A stretch of 45,004 nt of DNA from a virus, in IMG/VR virus record IMGVR_UViG_3300045988_058230, positions 1 through 45,004 of that record. One strand, written 5' to 3'. Of this stretch, positions 32,407 to 40,266 are shown in pieces; the first letter of the stretch is position 1; every line of letters begins with the position of its first letter. A program made the position numbers and the translations under genes. The notes under the pieces are model-generated. The model did not search any database. It was given only the letters and a program-made list of their open reading frames with translations, and was not told the DNA's origin.

Positions 32407-32604
32407 ATGCCTGATTTTGAAACATTTCTGCTTGCGCTTGCATCGATTGCACTCATTGTCGTTGCTTTTGGCTTTTCGTGGGCCGTCATTTCCGGCCTTT
32501 GGTGGCTTATCTGCATGCTCATCGGTTGGCAGTTCTCTTTCGGCGTATCAACGGCGATCTGGATTGTGGCGATGCTTCTGAAATGGGTGACAAGCCATGA
32601 TTAA
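32407..32604 (+). CDS. Small membrane protein (2 transmembrane segments).
   Basis: 65 aa with hydrophobic segments FLLALASIALIVVAFGFSWAVI and WWLICMLIGW..AIWIVAMLL. Confidence 0.6.
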   Translation: MPDFETFLLALASIALIVVAFGFSWAVISGLWWLICMLIGWQFSFGVSTAIWIVAMLLKWVTSHD

Positions 32605-32806
32605 GCCCGAACCGTGGACTGGCCGTCTGATTGGCCGGATGCACAACAACCAGATTACAGTAGACGACGTAGCAAAGCATCTTGGATTTTCGAGAAGCTA
32701 CTGTTCACTGATTTTGAACAGCAAGCGCAATCCTCCCGGCATTCGGGAAAAGATGGAAACTGCCGTCAGCGAGATCATCAAGGAAAAGGAGGACAAAACG
32801 GCATGA
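32597..32806 (+). CDS. Small HTH protein.
   Basis: 69 aa containing ITVDDVAKHLGFSRSYCSLILNSKR. Confidence 0.55.
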   Translation: MIKPEPWTGRLIGRMHNNQITVDDVAKHLGFSRSYCSLILNSKRNPPGIREKMETAVSEIIKEKEDKTA

Positions 32807-33627
32807 GCGAATTAAACAATCTCATCCCCATTAGCTACGATAACCCGGAGCGCCCCACGGTGAGCGGCCGGGAGCTGCACGAGTTTTTGCAGGTTGGCGC
32901 AGATTACCGGCATTGGTTTCCTCGTATGTGTGAGTACGGCTTTACCGAGGGCGAGGATTTCAACCCGGTCAAAATTGACCGAGTTCAAAATGAGGGCGGG
33001 CGCAAGGTCACGCGCACGGTGGACGATCACCAGCTCACCATCCCGATGGCGAAGGAGCTGTGCATGATCCAGCGCAACGAGCGTGGCAAGCAGGCGCGGC
33101 AATATTTTCTGGCTGTGGAGGCGCAATGGAACAGCCCGGAAGCGGTCATGCGCCGTGCGGTGCTTATCGCCCAGAAGCAGAACGACCAGCTCAAGGCTGC
33201 CAACCGCCAGCTTCTGGCAGAGAACAGCGACCTGAAGCCGGATGCAGAGTATGCCCGGGCGGTGTGCGTGGGCAAGAACTGCCGCACCACTACCACCCTT
33301 GCCAAGGATTACGGCCTGAGCGCCGAGAAACTCAACAGCATCCTTCACGGCCTGAAGATCCAGTACAAGACCAGCGACGGCCAGTGGGTGCTATACGCCA
33401 AGTATTGCGGCAAGGGTTACACCAAAAACCGCAAATCCACGCCGTTCCAGCACAAGAGCACCGGCGAGTGGGACACTAAGAACACCACCGTATGGACGGA
33501 AGCCGGACAGCGCTTTATCTATGAGCAGCTCAAGGCCATAGGAATGCTGCCCAGCGTGGAGCGCAGGCAGAGCGTGGAGCAGATGGAGCTTGCCGCCCAG
33601 CAGAACAACCAGGACGGGGTGGCGTAA
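32803..33627 (+). CDS. Antirepressor (AntA/Bro-like N-terminal domain plus KilAC-like C-terminal domain).
   Basis: ATG at 32803. The N-terminal region reads VSGRELHEFLQVGADYRHWFPRMCEYGFTEGEDF and the C-terminal region TTTLAKDYGLSAEKLNSILHGLKIQYK. Confidence 0.8.
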   Translation: MSELNNLIPISYDNPERPTVSGRELHEFLQVGADYRHWFPRMCEYGFTEGEDFNPVKIDRVQNEGGRKVTRTVDDHQLTIPMAKELCMIQRNERGKQARQYFLAVEAQWNSPEAVMRRAVLIAQKQNDQLKAANRQLLAENSDLKPDAEYARAVCVGKNCRTTTTLAKDYGLSAEKLNSILHGLKIQYKTSDGQWVLYAKYCGKGYTKNRKSTPFQHKSTGEWDTKNTTVWTEAGQRFIYEQLKAIGMLPSVERRQSVEQMELAAQQNNQDGVA

Positions 33628-33652
33628 GCAATATATTTTGGAGGTTACTATT

Positions 33653-34285
33653 ATGAAAAAACTGCATGTGAAAGCTACGTTTATTGAGCCGGTGCTGGGC
33701 ACATGGCCTGCAAACCCCAATGTTGCCCGGGAGTTCATCGCCAGCAAGTCGCCGGATGCTGCAACCATCGAGGATGAAGTGGCGGCTCTTGGCCCCGATG
33801 CGGTAGCCGACAAGGGCATGACCGTTTTCCCGCGTGACCCGGACGGCAATCCGATTTTTTACGATTACCAGATCAAAGGCATGTTTAAGGATGCTTGCGG
33901 CATGCTTTCCCGCATCGGCGGAAAGACCGAAACGGGAAAGAAGCGGGCTGCGAACGAAAGCGGCAAGCTGACCGCTTACAAGAAGGTCATTGACGGTCTG
34001 ATCTTCGTTCAGCCCCGCATGATCCCTATTCATGTGAACGGTGAGATTACCGACTGCCAGCGCCCTCTCCGCGCCCAGACCGCGCAGGGCGAGCGCGTAA
34101 GCCTTGTCAACAGTGAGGAGATCCCCGCTGGTTCGACCTGCGAGTTTGAGGTCATGCTGCTGGACGATTCTCACGAGAAGGTCGTGCGTGAGTGGCTGGA
34201 CTACGGTGCTCTGCGCGGCATCGGCCAATGGCGCAACAGCGGCAAAGGCCGGTTTACCTACATCGCCTATGAGGTGAATGCCTGA
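33653..34285 (+). CDS. Hypothetical protein with a C-terminal glycine-rich loop, GIGQWRNSGKGRF.
   Basis: ATG at 33653 behind GGAGG; 210 aa. It ends at a TGA that is followed in-frame by 102 sense codons. Confidence 0.7.
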   Translation: MKKLHVKATFIEPVLGTWPANPNVAREFIASKSPDAATIEDEVAALGPDAVADKGMTVFPRDPDGNPIFYDYQIKGMFKDACGMLSRIGGKTETGKKRAANESGKLTAYKKVIDGLIFVQPRMIPIHVNGEITDCQRPLRAQTAQGERVSLVNSEEIPAGSTCEFEVMLLDDSHEKVVREWLDYGALRGIGQWRNSGKGRFTYIAYEVNA

Positions 34286-34749
34286 GAGCAAGGGCATGGC
34301 ATTGACGGCCCTGATTCGCGGAGGCGGTGCAGCTCGAGGCGTGGCAATGGCAAGGCTGAGTTCGATTGGCCGTGCGATGCTTGGCAAAGGCAAGGCACGG
34401 CGGTGCAAAGCAAAGGCTATGAGGTGAACTGCTGTGCAGTGGCACTGAGAAGCACGGACAGGCAAGGCGAAGGAATGGCAGAGAAAAGCGCTGATGTGAT
34501 TTGCGAAGGAAAAGTGGTGCACCGTAACGATTCGCTGCGGCAAGGCTTTGCTTCGGATGCATTGGCATGGAAGAGAGAAGAAATGCCGTGATTTGCGATG
34601 GAATGGCTTGGCAATGAGCAGCTCGGTTGAGTAGCGCAATGGCTTTGAGAAGCGATGTTTAGCAAAGGCAGTGAAGAGTGAAGCGAGGAAGTGCAGAGAA
34701 CTGCGACGGCACAGCAAAGAAAAGACATTTTATTAAACATTTTATTAAA
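34286..34749 (+). repeat. Non-coding, purine-skewed field of degenerate repeats (GGCAA[G/T/A]GGC, CAANGGCTNTGAG, GTGATTTGCGA[A/T]GGAA x2). It ends in an exact 12-bp AT-rich tandem duplication.
   Basis: Read directly. GTGATTTGCGA..GGAA occurs at 34496 and 34588; CTATGAGGTGAA at 34268 and 34418; CATTTTATTAAA occurs twice at 34726..34749. Confidence 0.6.
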
Positions 34750-34762
34750 AGGAGAAACGAGC

Positions 34763-35005
34763 ATGAAAAAAATTATTGTTGGCGTAGCGTCCGTATTGGC
34801 AAGCGCTTTGCTGATGGCCGGATGCAATAAGCAGGTTATTGACCTGACCTATGAATACAACTGGGCACAGCTGAAAATGCCCGACGGAACGATTGTCGAG
34901 GGCAATGTCGAAAGCTGGTGCGACTATGAAGGCGACCAGCTTCAGGTTGTGATTGACGGTGTGACCTATCTGGTTCATTCGTCCAACATTGTTATGCGTC
35001 ATTGA
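34763..35005 (+). CDS. Small lipoprotein.
   Basis: ATG at 34763 behind AAAGGAG. Signal and lipobox: MKKIIVGVASVLASALLMAGC. 80 aa. Confidence 0.75.
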   Translation: MKKIIVGVASVLASALLMAGCNKQVIDLTYEYNWAQLKMPDGTIVEGNVESWCDYEGDQLQVVIDGVTYLVHSSNIVMRH

Positions 35006-35021
35006 TGCAAGGAGGGGCTTT

Positions 35022-35339
35022 ATGAAAACCACGATGCGCGATAAGGTTTGCCAGCTGATTGGCAAGTATCAGTATCTCGAAGACTATTACAAAACGAAAG
35101 CGGCCATCAACGCACAAAAGAGCTTCTTAGACGGCGGCTTTATCATCCGGCTTGCAGAGCCTGCGCAGGCGGATATGTGCGGCCAGTTCTTGGCCGATTT
35201 GAACAAGCTGCTGGAAGAGGACGAAGCTGCCGCAGCCCAGGAAGACCCCCGCAAGACCGCCCCGGCGGGCAAGTGGCGCGCGGACTCAGCGACACAGGCA
35301 GCCGAGAGAGCCGCAAAGGAGGTGCGGGACAATGGGTGA
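35022..35339 (+). CDS. Hypothetical protein.
   Basis: ATG at 35022 behind AAGGAGGGG; 105 aa. Confidence 0.6.
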   Translation: MKTTMRDKVCQLIGKYQYLEDYYKTKAAINAQKSFLDGGFIIRLAEPAQADMCGQFLADLNKLLEEDEAAAAQEDPRKTAPAGKWRADSATQAAERAAKEVRDNG

Positions 35340-35514
35340 AGCACTGGCGATTATCATCGCGTTTGCCGCCCTTCTGGGCATCTCGTGGGGCGTTACCTGC
35401 GCCGCCGTGTGGGCCATTTGCACGCTGATGCATTGGACGTTCACCTGGGCCGCCGGAACGGCGGCGTGGATTGCGCTCTGGCTCATCGGCAGCTTTGGCA
35501 GCTCTAAGAAGTGA
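35332..35514 (+). CDS. Small membrane protein (2 transmembrane segments, Trp-rich).
   Basis: 60 aa, MGEALAIIIAFAALLGISWGVTCAAVWAICTLMHWTFTWAAGTAAWIALWLIGSF. Confidence 0.55.
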   Translation: MGEALAIIIAFAALLGISWGVTCAAVWAICTLMHWTFTWAAGTAAWIALWLIGSFGSSKK

Positions 35515-35567
35515 GGCGCTGACCATGCCTGCACAGAAGAAACATACCAATAAGGAAGGTTATAAGC

Positions 35568-36299
35568 ATGAGTGAGAAGGTCATCGCCTACAAGGCCATG
35601 GATAAAAATATGAAGTGCCGTGGCAAGCAGTACGAGGTGGGCAAGACCTACACAGAGCCGGAGGCGGACTGCTGCCACGCTGGTATGCATGCCTGCGAGA
35701 ACCCGCTGGATGTGCTGCACTACTACCCGCTGAAGAATAGCCCGCGCTTTTTTGAGGTCGAGTGCGGCGGGAACGTGGATAAAAGCGGAGAGGACAGTAA
35801 ACTGGCCTGCACTGAGCTGACGGTAAAAGGTGAGGTGAATTTTGCAGGGCTGGTAAAAGCTGCGGTGAATGCCGTTTTTAATCGGGTGAAGGGCAAAGAA
35901 CCTTTTTCCAGCGGCTATTGCAGCACGGCGGGGTCCAGCGGCAATTCCAGCACGGCAGGTTCCAGCGGCAATTCCAGCACGGCGGGGTCCAGCGGCGATT
36001 ACAGCACGGCTGGTTCGAGCGGCGATTACAGCACGGCGGGGTCCAGCGGCGATTACAGCACGGCAGCAGCCACTGGGGATTATTGCAGCGCAAAAGCAGA
36101 CGGAAAAGATAGCATTGCCGTTGTAAACGGTGCTTGCGGTAAGGCATGCGGCGCAATGGGATGCTATCTGGTGCTGACCGAGTACGATGATGACGGCCAC
36201 ATGATCTGTGCCAAAATGGCCCGCATGGACGGTTCTGCCATCAGAGAAAACGTTTACTATACCCTCAAAAATGGCGAGTTTGTGGAGGCTGAGCCGTGA
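35568..36299 (+). CDS. Cys/His-rich N-terminal domain protein with six nonapeptide repeats, STAGSSG[N/D][S/Y].
   Basis: 243 aa. The N-terminal region reads KCRGKQYEVGKTYTEPEADCCHAGMHACENPLDVLHYY. The repeats correspond to the 27-bp DNA tandem array. Confidence 0.75.
   Translation: MSEKVIAYKAMDKNMKCRGKQYEVGKTYTEPEADCCHAGMHACENPLDVLHYYPLKNSPRFFEVECGGNVDKSGEDSKLACTELTVKGEVNFAGLVKAAVNAVFNRVKGKEPFSSGYCSTAGSSGNSSTAGSSGNSSTAGSSGDYSTAGSSGDYSTAGSSGDYSTAAATGDYCSAKADGKDSIAVVNGACGKACGAMGCYLVLTEYDDDGHMICAKMARMDGSAIRENVYYTLKNGEFVEAEP
35922..36083 (+). repeat. 27-bp tandem repeat x6 (coding, in frame).
   Basis: Units begin at 35922, 35949, 35976, 36003, 36030 and 36057 (AGCACGGCGGGGTCCAGCGGC[A/G]ATT[C/A]C and variants). 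Confidence 0.9.
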
Positions 36300-36413
36300 A
36301 GAAGCACTACAACAAGCGTTGGCTTGAGCAGCGTTGGGATACAAGGCAGCCGGAACGGTTGGAGCACATCCAGATGAAGCGTCAGATGAGAGCAAAAAAG
36401 GAGGGGTGCGGCA

Positions 36414-36650
36414 GTGAAGCCGAGCATGGGAATTGCAGAGTGCGTTCAGATCCTTCGGGACAATAATATCTCAAAGAGCGAAAAGGTCTTGAGAGCGCAG
36501 ATCCAGGCGGGAATTTTTCCGGAGTGGTCAAAGCCGTCCGCAGGAACAAAAGAGCCTTGCCCTGACATCTCCCGCGCCAGATTTATGGCGTGGGTGAAGG
36601 ACTTTTACAAGCTCGAAAAGGTTTACACAAAGGAGGATCCGAAAGAATGA
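36414..36650 (+). CDS. Small putative DNA-binding protein (HTH_17/excisionase-like). This is a weak call.
   Basis: GTG at 36414 behind AAGGAGGGG. It contains GIAECVQILRDNNISKSEKVLRAQIQAGIFPEW. Confidence 0.4.
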   Translation: MKPSMGIAECVQILRDNNISKSEKVLRAQIQAGIFPEWSKPSAGTKEPCPDISRARFMAWVKDFYKLEKVYTKEDPKE

Positions 36651-37105
36651 AATCTACTACTTACTACTGGCTGGCTGTCATTTTTGGCGGCGTTGGAATG
36701 GGCACAGCTATGGGCGCGGAGGGCACCGCGCAGACCACCGGATACATCTCCGGCACGCTGTTTGCGGTGTCGCTGGTGCTGATTCTGGTCGCTGTTCTGC
36801 TGGCTCGTCTGGGCTTTGCCGCAGAGGACATGGAGAGAGCCGCAAAACGGCGCAAGTACGGACAAGCTCAAAGGGTGATGAGTCTCGCCGCCCATCACCA
36901 CAAAAATAACATAAAACAGGAGGTTTTACAAGTGGCACTTTTGAGAATTTACGATGTGGAGCAAGAGCCTCCAGCGCTTGTTTCGCAGCAGCAATTTCCG
37001 GTTACTTCGGATGCAATTGTGATTGCCGATGAACTGGCAAAGAGAAAGCCCGAACGGCTGTACAGGGTGTTTGACGCCGATATGAACGTTGTGTATGCGA
37101 GGTGA
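36647..37105 (+). CDS. Membrane protein (2 transmembrane segments) with a cytoplasmic C-terminal domain.
   Basis: ATG at 36647. Transmembrane segments YYWLAVIFGGVGMGTAMGA and ISGTLFAVSLVLILVAVLLARL. Confidence 0.6.
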   Translation: MKSTTYYWLAVIFGGVGMGTAMGAEGTAQTTGYISGTLFAVSLVLILVAVLLARLGFAAEDMERAAKRRKYGQAQRVMSLAAHHHKNNIKQEVLQVALLRIYDVEQEPPALVSQQQFPVTSDAIVIADELAKRKPERLYRVFDADMNVVYAR

Positions 37106-37111
37106 ATATTT

Positions 37112-38041
37112 ATGCAAGAAGAATTGACCGTCCGGGTGGAGCACCCGGAACTGCCCGCGATCCGGTGGAATGAAGCTGAGGTGCAGCAGAACTTGACCGA
37201 GATGCTGGCCGCCTACACCGGCCGCGTCTACACCCCGGAGACCATCAAGGATGCCAAGGCCGACCGCGCCGCCGTGAACAAGCTGGACAAGCAACTCAGT
37301 GATGCCGCCCGAAGCGCAAAGGCCTTTTACATGAAGCCGTTGGAAGAGTTCTTGCAGAGCGCCAAGCAGATGCAGGGCCAGTGCAAGGCCGTCTCCGGTG
37401 CCATTGACCAGCAGGTCAAGGCGGTGGAAGAAGCCGAACGGCAGGACAAGGCCGACGACCTGCGGACTGTCTATGCGGACTGCATCGGCGAGCTGCGGGA
37501 GATGATCCCGTTTGACCGCCTGCTGGTGCCCCAGTGGCTCAACAAGACCTATGATCTGGAAAAGGCCAGCCGGGAGCTGCGCAAGAGCGTGGAGACCCGG
37601 CGGGAGGAGCTGCGGCTCATCCGGGAGAACTGCGGCGAGGACACCGAAGCCTGCACCACCGAGTATCTGCGTGAACTGAATCTGAACGCCGCCCTCGTGG
37701 AGCACAGCCGCCGCCAGAATGCCCGGGACGCCCAGCGCCGCGCAGAGGCCGAAAGAATGGCCGCAGAGCGTGCGCAGGCCACCGCTCCGGTCGTTATCCC
37801 TCCGACCGATGAAGAACGCCAGATCGCCGCAGAAGCGTTCCAAACGGCGCAGGCCAATGCAGCCATCACGCCGGATGGCAGGTTGGATTTCAGCATGCTT
37901 CAGAAATTCGCAGATCCTGAACAGCAGGAGGCTCCGGTCCGCAAGAAATACAGCTTCTGGGTAGAGTTCACCCGGGAGGACATCGCGTGGTTCAAGCAGG
38001 GAGCCGCAGAGCGCGGCTTCCGCTATGGTTCGATCAAATAA
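37112..38041 (+). CDS. DUF1351-like protein, a RecT-associated phage protein.
   Basis: 309 aa, helical and charged, directly upstream of recT as in many Firmicutes phages. The family name is from memory. Confidence 0.6.
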   Translation: MQEELTVRVEHPELPAIRWNEAEVQQNLTEMLAAYTGRVYTPETIKDAKADRAAVNKLDKQLSDAARSAKAFYMKPLEEFLQSAKQMQGQCKAVSGAIDQQVKAVEEAERQDKADDLRTVYADCIGELREMIPFDRLLVPQWLNKTYDLEKASRELRKSVETRREELRLIRENCGEDTEACTTEYLRELNLNAALVEHSRRQNARDAQRRAEAERMAAERAQATAPVVIPPTDEERQIAAEAFQTAQANAAITPDGRLDFSMLQKFADPEQQEAPVRKKYSFWVEFTREDIAWFKQGAAERGFRYGSIK

Positions 38042-38059
38042 TTTTGGAGGTACTTACTT

Positions 38060-38908
38060 ATGGCACTTACTCGTCCCGGCGCACCCGCGCCTACTTCGTC
38101 CGTTTCCAACGCACAGTCTCTGGCAAACCGTTCCGCTCAGAATGCCAACCGTGCAGGCAACACCGCTATGCAGGCCGCATCACCGTCCGTTCCTGTGGAG
38201 ATCACCGCTTCCGATGGTCAGCACTTCACTGTGAGTTTTGAAGACGTGCGCAACTTCATCTGCCCCAAAGCCACCGATTCTGAATGCAAAATCTTTCTGG
38301 AGACCTGCAAGCAGTACAAGCTGAACCCCTTTACCAAAGAGGCTCACCTGATCCACTACGACAACAAGAACGATGACACCGCCAGCACCATCGTGCTAGG
38401 CAAGAACTGCTACATGCAGATGGCCGAGCGCAACCCCAACTTTGACGGCTTTGAAGCTGGCGTTATCGTGCTCGACACCGCGGCCGGCGAGTTGATCCAC
38501 CGCGATGGCTCCATTGTTTTTGACGGTGAGGAGCTTCTCGGCGGCTGGGCGAAGGTCTACCGCAAAGACCGCACCCGCGCCAGCTACGAGGAAGTCAAGC
38601 TCAGTGAATACGACACTGGCAAATCTCTTTGGAGCGGCAAAAAGGCTACCATGATCCGCAAGGTGGCGCTGGTGCACGCTTTGCGTGAGGCGTTCCCGTC
38701 CACCTTCGGCGCTCTGTACGATGAGAGCGAGGTGCATGTGGATGCCGAAAGCACCGCCCGCGAGGTGCCGCCCGAAGATCTTCCGGTGCTCGACCCCTAC
38801 GCAGGCACCAGACGCACCCGCAAGACGGCAGGCACGCTGATCCCGGCTCAGGAAGCGCCTGCGGAAGACCAGACCGCTGATGATCCGTTTTGCGGTGATG
38901 ATGCATGA
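38060..38908 (+). CDS. recT: RecT-family single-strand annealing recombinase.
   Basis: 282 aa with RecT-like motifs: FICPKATDSECKIFLETCKQYKLNPFTKEAHLI and MIRKVALVHALREAFP. Confidence 0.85.
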   Translation: MALTRPGAPAPTSSVSNAQSLANRSAQNANRAGNTAMQAASPSVPVEITASDGQHFTVSFEDVRNFICPKATDSECKIFLETCKQYKLNPFTKEAHLIHYDNKNDDTASTIVLGKNCYMQMAERNPNFDGFEAGVIVLDTAAGELIHRDGSIVFDGEELLGGWAKVYRKDRTRASYEEVKLSEYDTGKSLWSGKKATMIRKVALVHALREAFPSTFGALYDESEVHVDAESTAREVPPEDLPVLDPYAGTRRTRKTAGTLIPAQEAPAEDQTADDPFCGDDA

Positions 38909-39435
38909 TCGTCCAGACCAAGAACGGCATCATGCTGCACGGCGAGATCGCCAAAGACCCGGTGCTCCGGGACGTCGGGCAGAAGCAGGTGCTGAAGTTT
39001 GACCTGAAGGCCAGCCGCACACAGGATGAGACCGGAAAATGGCAGAGCTTTTTTGTAGGCGTGAACCTCTGGCACGGCATCGACCAGTGGGACGGGATGC
39101 TGCAGAAAGGCGATCAGGTCACGGTTTTTGCCCAGAAGCTGAAAGAGCGGGAGTACAACGGCAAGATCTACTACGATGTGGACGCGGATGATGTTCAGCC
39201 CGGTGGGCTGGTGACATTCCGTTGGCTGCAACAGATGATCGACCTGATGGCGCAGCCCGGCCCGCCGCTAGAACCCGCAGAACCGGCAGCAGAACCGGAA
39301 GACCTGCAGGGCGCGCAGATGTACCCCGGTGAAGCACTTGCGGATTACGCACCGCACAGCACTGCCGCGCCAGAACCGGCTCCATCTACCGAGTATGACC
39401 CCATCAACGAAGACGCAGAAGATCTTCCCTTCTGA
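38905..39435 (+). CDS. ssb: Single-stranded DNA-binding protein.
   Basis: OB-fold-sized N-terminal domain, a Pro/Ala/Glu-rich linker, and the acidic tip EDAEDLPF typical of SSB C-termini. Confidence 0.8.
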   Translation: MIVQTKNGIMLHGEIAKDPVLRDVGQKQVLKFDLKASRTQDETGKWQSFFVGVNLWHGIDQWDGMLQKGDQVTVFAQKLKEREYNGKIYYDVDADDVQPGGLVTFRWLQQMIDLMAQPGPPLEPAEPAAEPEDLQGAQMYPGEALADYAPHSTAAPEPAPSTEYDPINEDAEDLPF

Positions 39436-39486
39436 TCTTGCAAGCTGTGCTATCTGGCTATACGGGCGTGCAAAGGAGGTGAGCAA

Positions 39487-40266
39487 GTGGCAAAAGAAGA
39501 AAAAAAGTCGTTTGTCGTGTATCTGGATTGGTTCGACGCGCTGGAGGAGTACACGGATGCCGAAGTCGGACAGCTGATGCGAGCTTTGGCGAAACACGTC
39601 CGCACCGGTGAAAATCCAACGTTTTCCGACCGCGGAATGCGTGGGAACTTCCGTTTTATGTGCAATGGAGTGGATTCGGCTGCGGAAAAGTACGAGAACG
39701 TCAAGCAAAAGCGCCGTGAAGCCGGAAAAGCCCGTGCTGCTCAAATGAAAGCAAGTTCAGCAAATGCTAGCACATGCTACCAAGTGCAAGCAAGTGGTAA
39801 CTATAATGATACTGTTACTGTTACTGGTACTGGAACTGTTACTGGTACTGGAACTGTTACTGGTACTGGAACTGTTATATCCCCTAACGGGGATATATAT
39901 AATAGCTCCGCCAAAGCCGCCGTTGACGTAGAACTTTCCAAGATCGTCCAGCATTATCAGCAAGCCGTCGGAGACTTCCCACGCTCTGCACTGGACAAGC
40001 TGCAGAAGTGGAGGCAGGAGTACAGCACAGAGATGATCCTGCTGGCAATCGACAAGGCCACAGAAGCCGGAAAGCGCTCGTGGAGCTACATCAACGGAAT
40101 ATTGTCCGGATGGAAACGAGACGGCCTGCGCACGCCGGGAGACGTGGAAGCCAACGAACAAAGCCGACAATCCAGACCGAGGAGCAAGCAGCCAACCGAG
40201 ACCGTAGACGACCAGCTTGCCCGGGTGCTGGCGAAGATGGACAGAGAAAGAGGGTTTGAGACATGA
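39487..40266 (+). CDS. Replisome organizer (DnaD/DnaB_2-domain-like).
   Basis: GTG at 39487 behind AAGGAGGTG. The C-terminal region reads AGKRSWSYINGILSGWKRDGLRTPGDV. The internal linker TVTVTGTGTVTGTGTVTGTGTV is encoded by an 18-bp tandem repeat. Confidence 0.7.
   Translation: MAKEEKKSFVVYLDWFDALEEYTDAEVGQLMRALAKHVRTGENPTFSDRGMRGNFRFMCNGVDSAAEKYENVKQKRREAGKARAAQMKASSANASTCYQVQASGNYNDTVTVTGTGTVTGTGTVTGTGTVISPNGDIYNSSAKAAVDVELSKIVQHYQQAVGDFPRSALDKLQKWRQEYSTEMILLAIDKATEAGKRSWSYINGILSGWKRDGLRTPGDVEANEQSRQSRPRSKQPTETVDDQLARVLAKMDRERGFET
39811..39876 (+). repeat. 18-bp tandem repeat (ACTGGTACTGGAACTGTT x3, plus a partial leading unit), coding a Thr/Gly/Val linker.
   Basis: Units lie at 39823, 39841 and 39859. 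The repeat is AT-rich relative to the rest of the gene. Confidence 0.9.

Noticed and set aside
34403-34591. Stand-alone 62-aa ORF.
   Set aside because: It has no RBS. It is the tail of the open frame following the in-frame TGA at 34283, and it lies in a repeat-rich non-coding field. It is reported as a finding rather than a gene.
33530-34717. 395-aa minus-strand ORF.
   Set aside because: It is open only because the plus strand is purine-skewed. It is antisense to 33653..34285 and the repeat field, and its sequence is implausible.
35922-36083. CRISPR array (this site and 39811..39876).
   Set aside because: The repeats are directly tandem with no spacers, in frame inside ORFs, and they encode peptide repeats.
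36296-36466. 56-aa ORF starting at a GTG that overlaps the stop of 35568..36299.
   Set aside because: It overlaps the better-supported 36414..36650 gene in another frame, and its 3' part looks like read-through. It was left uncalled.
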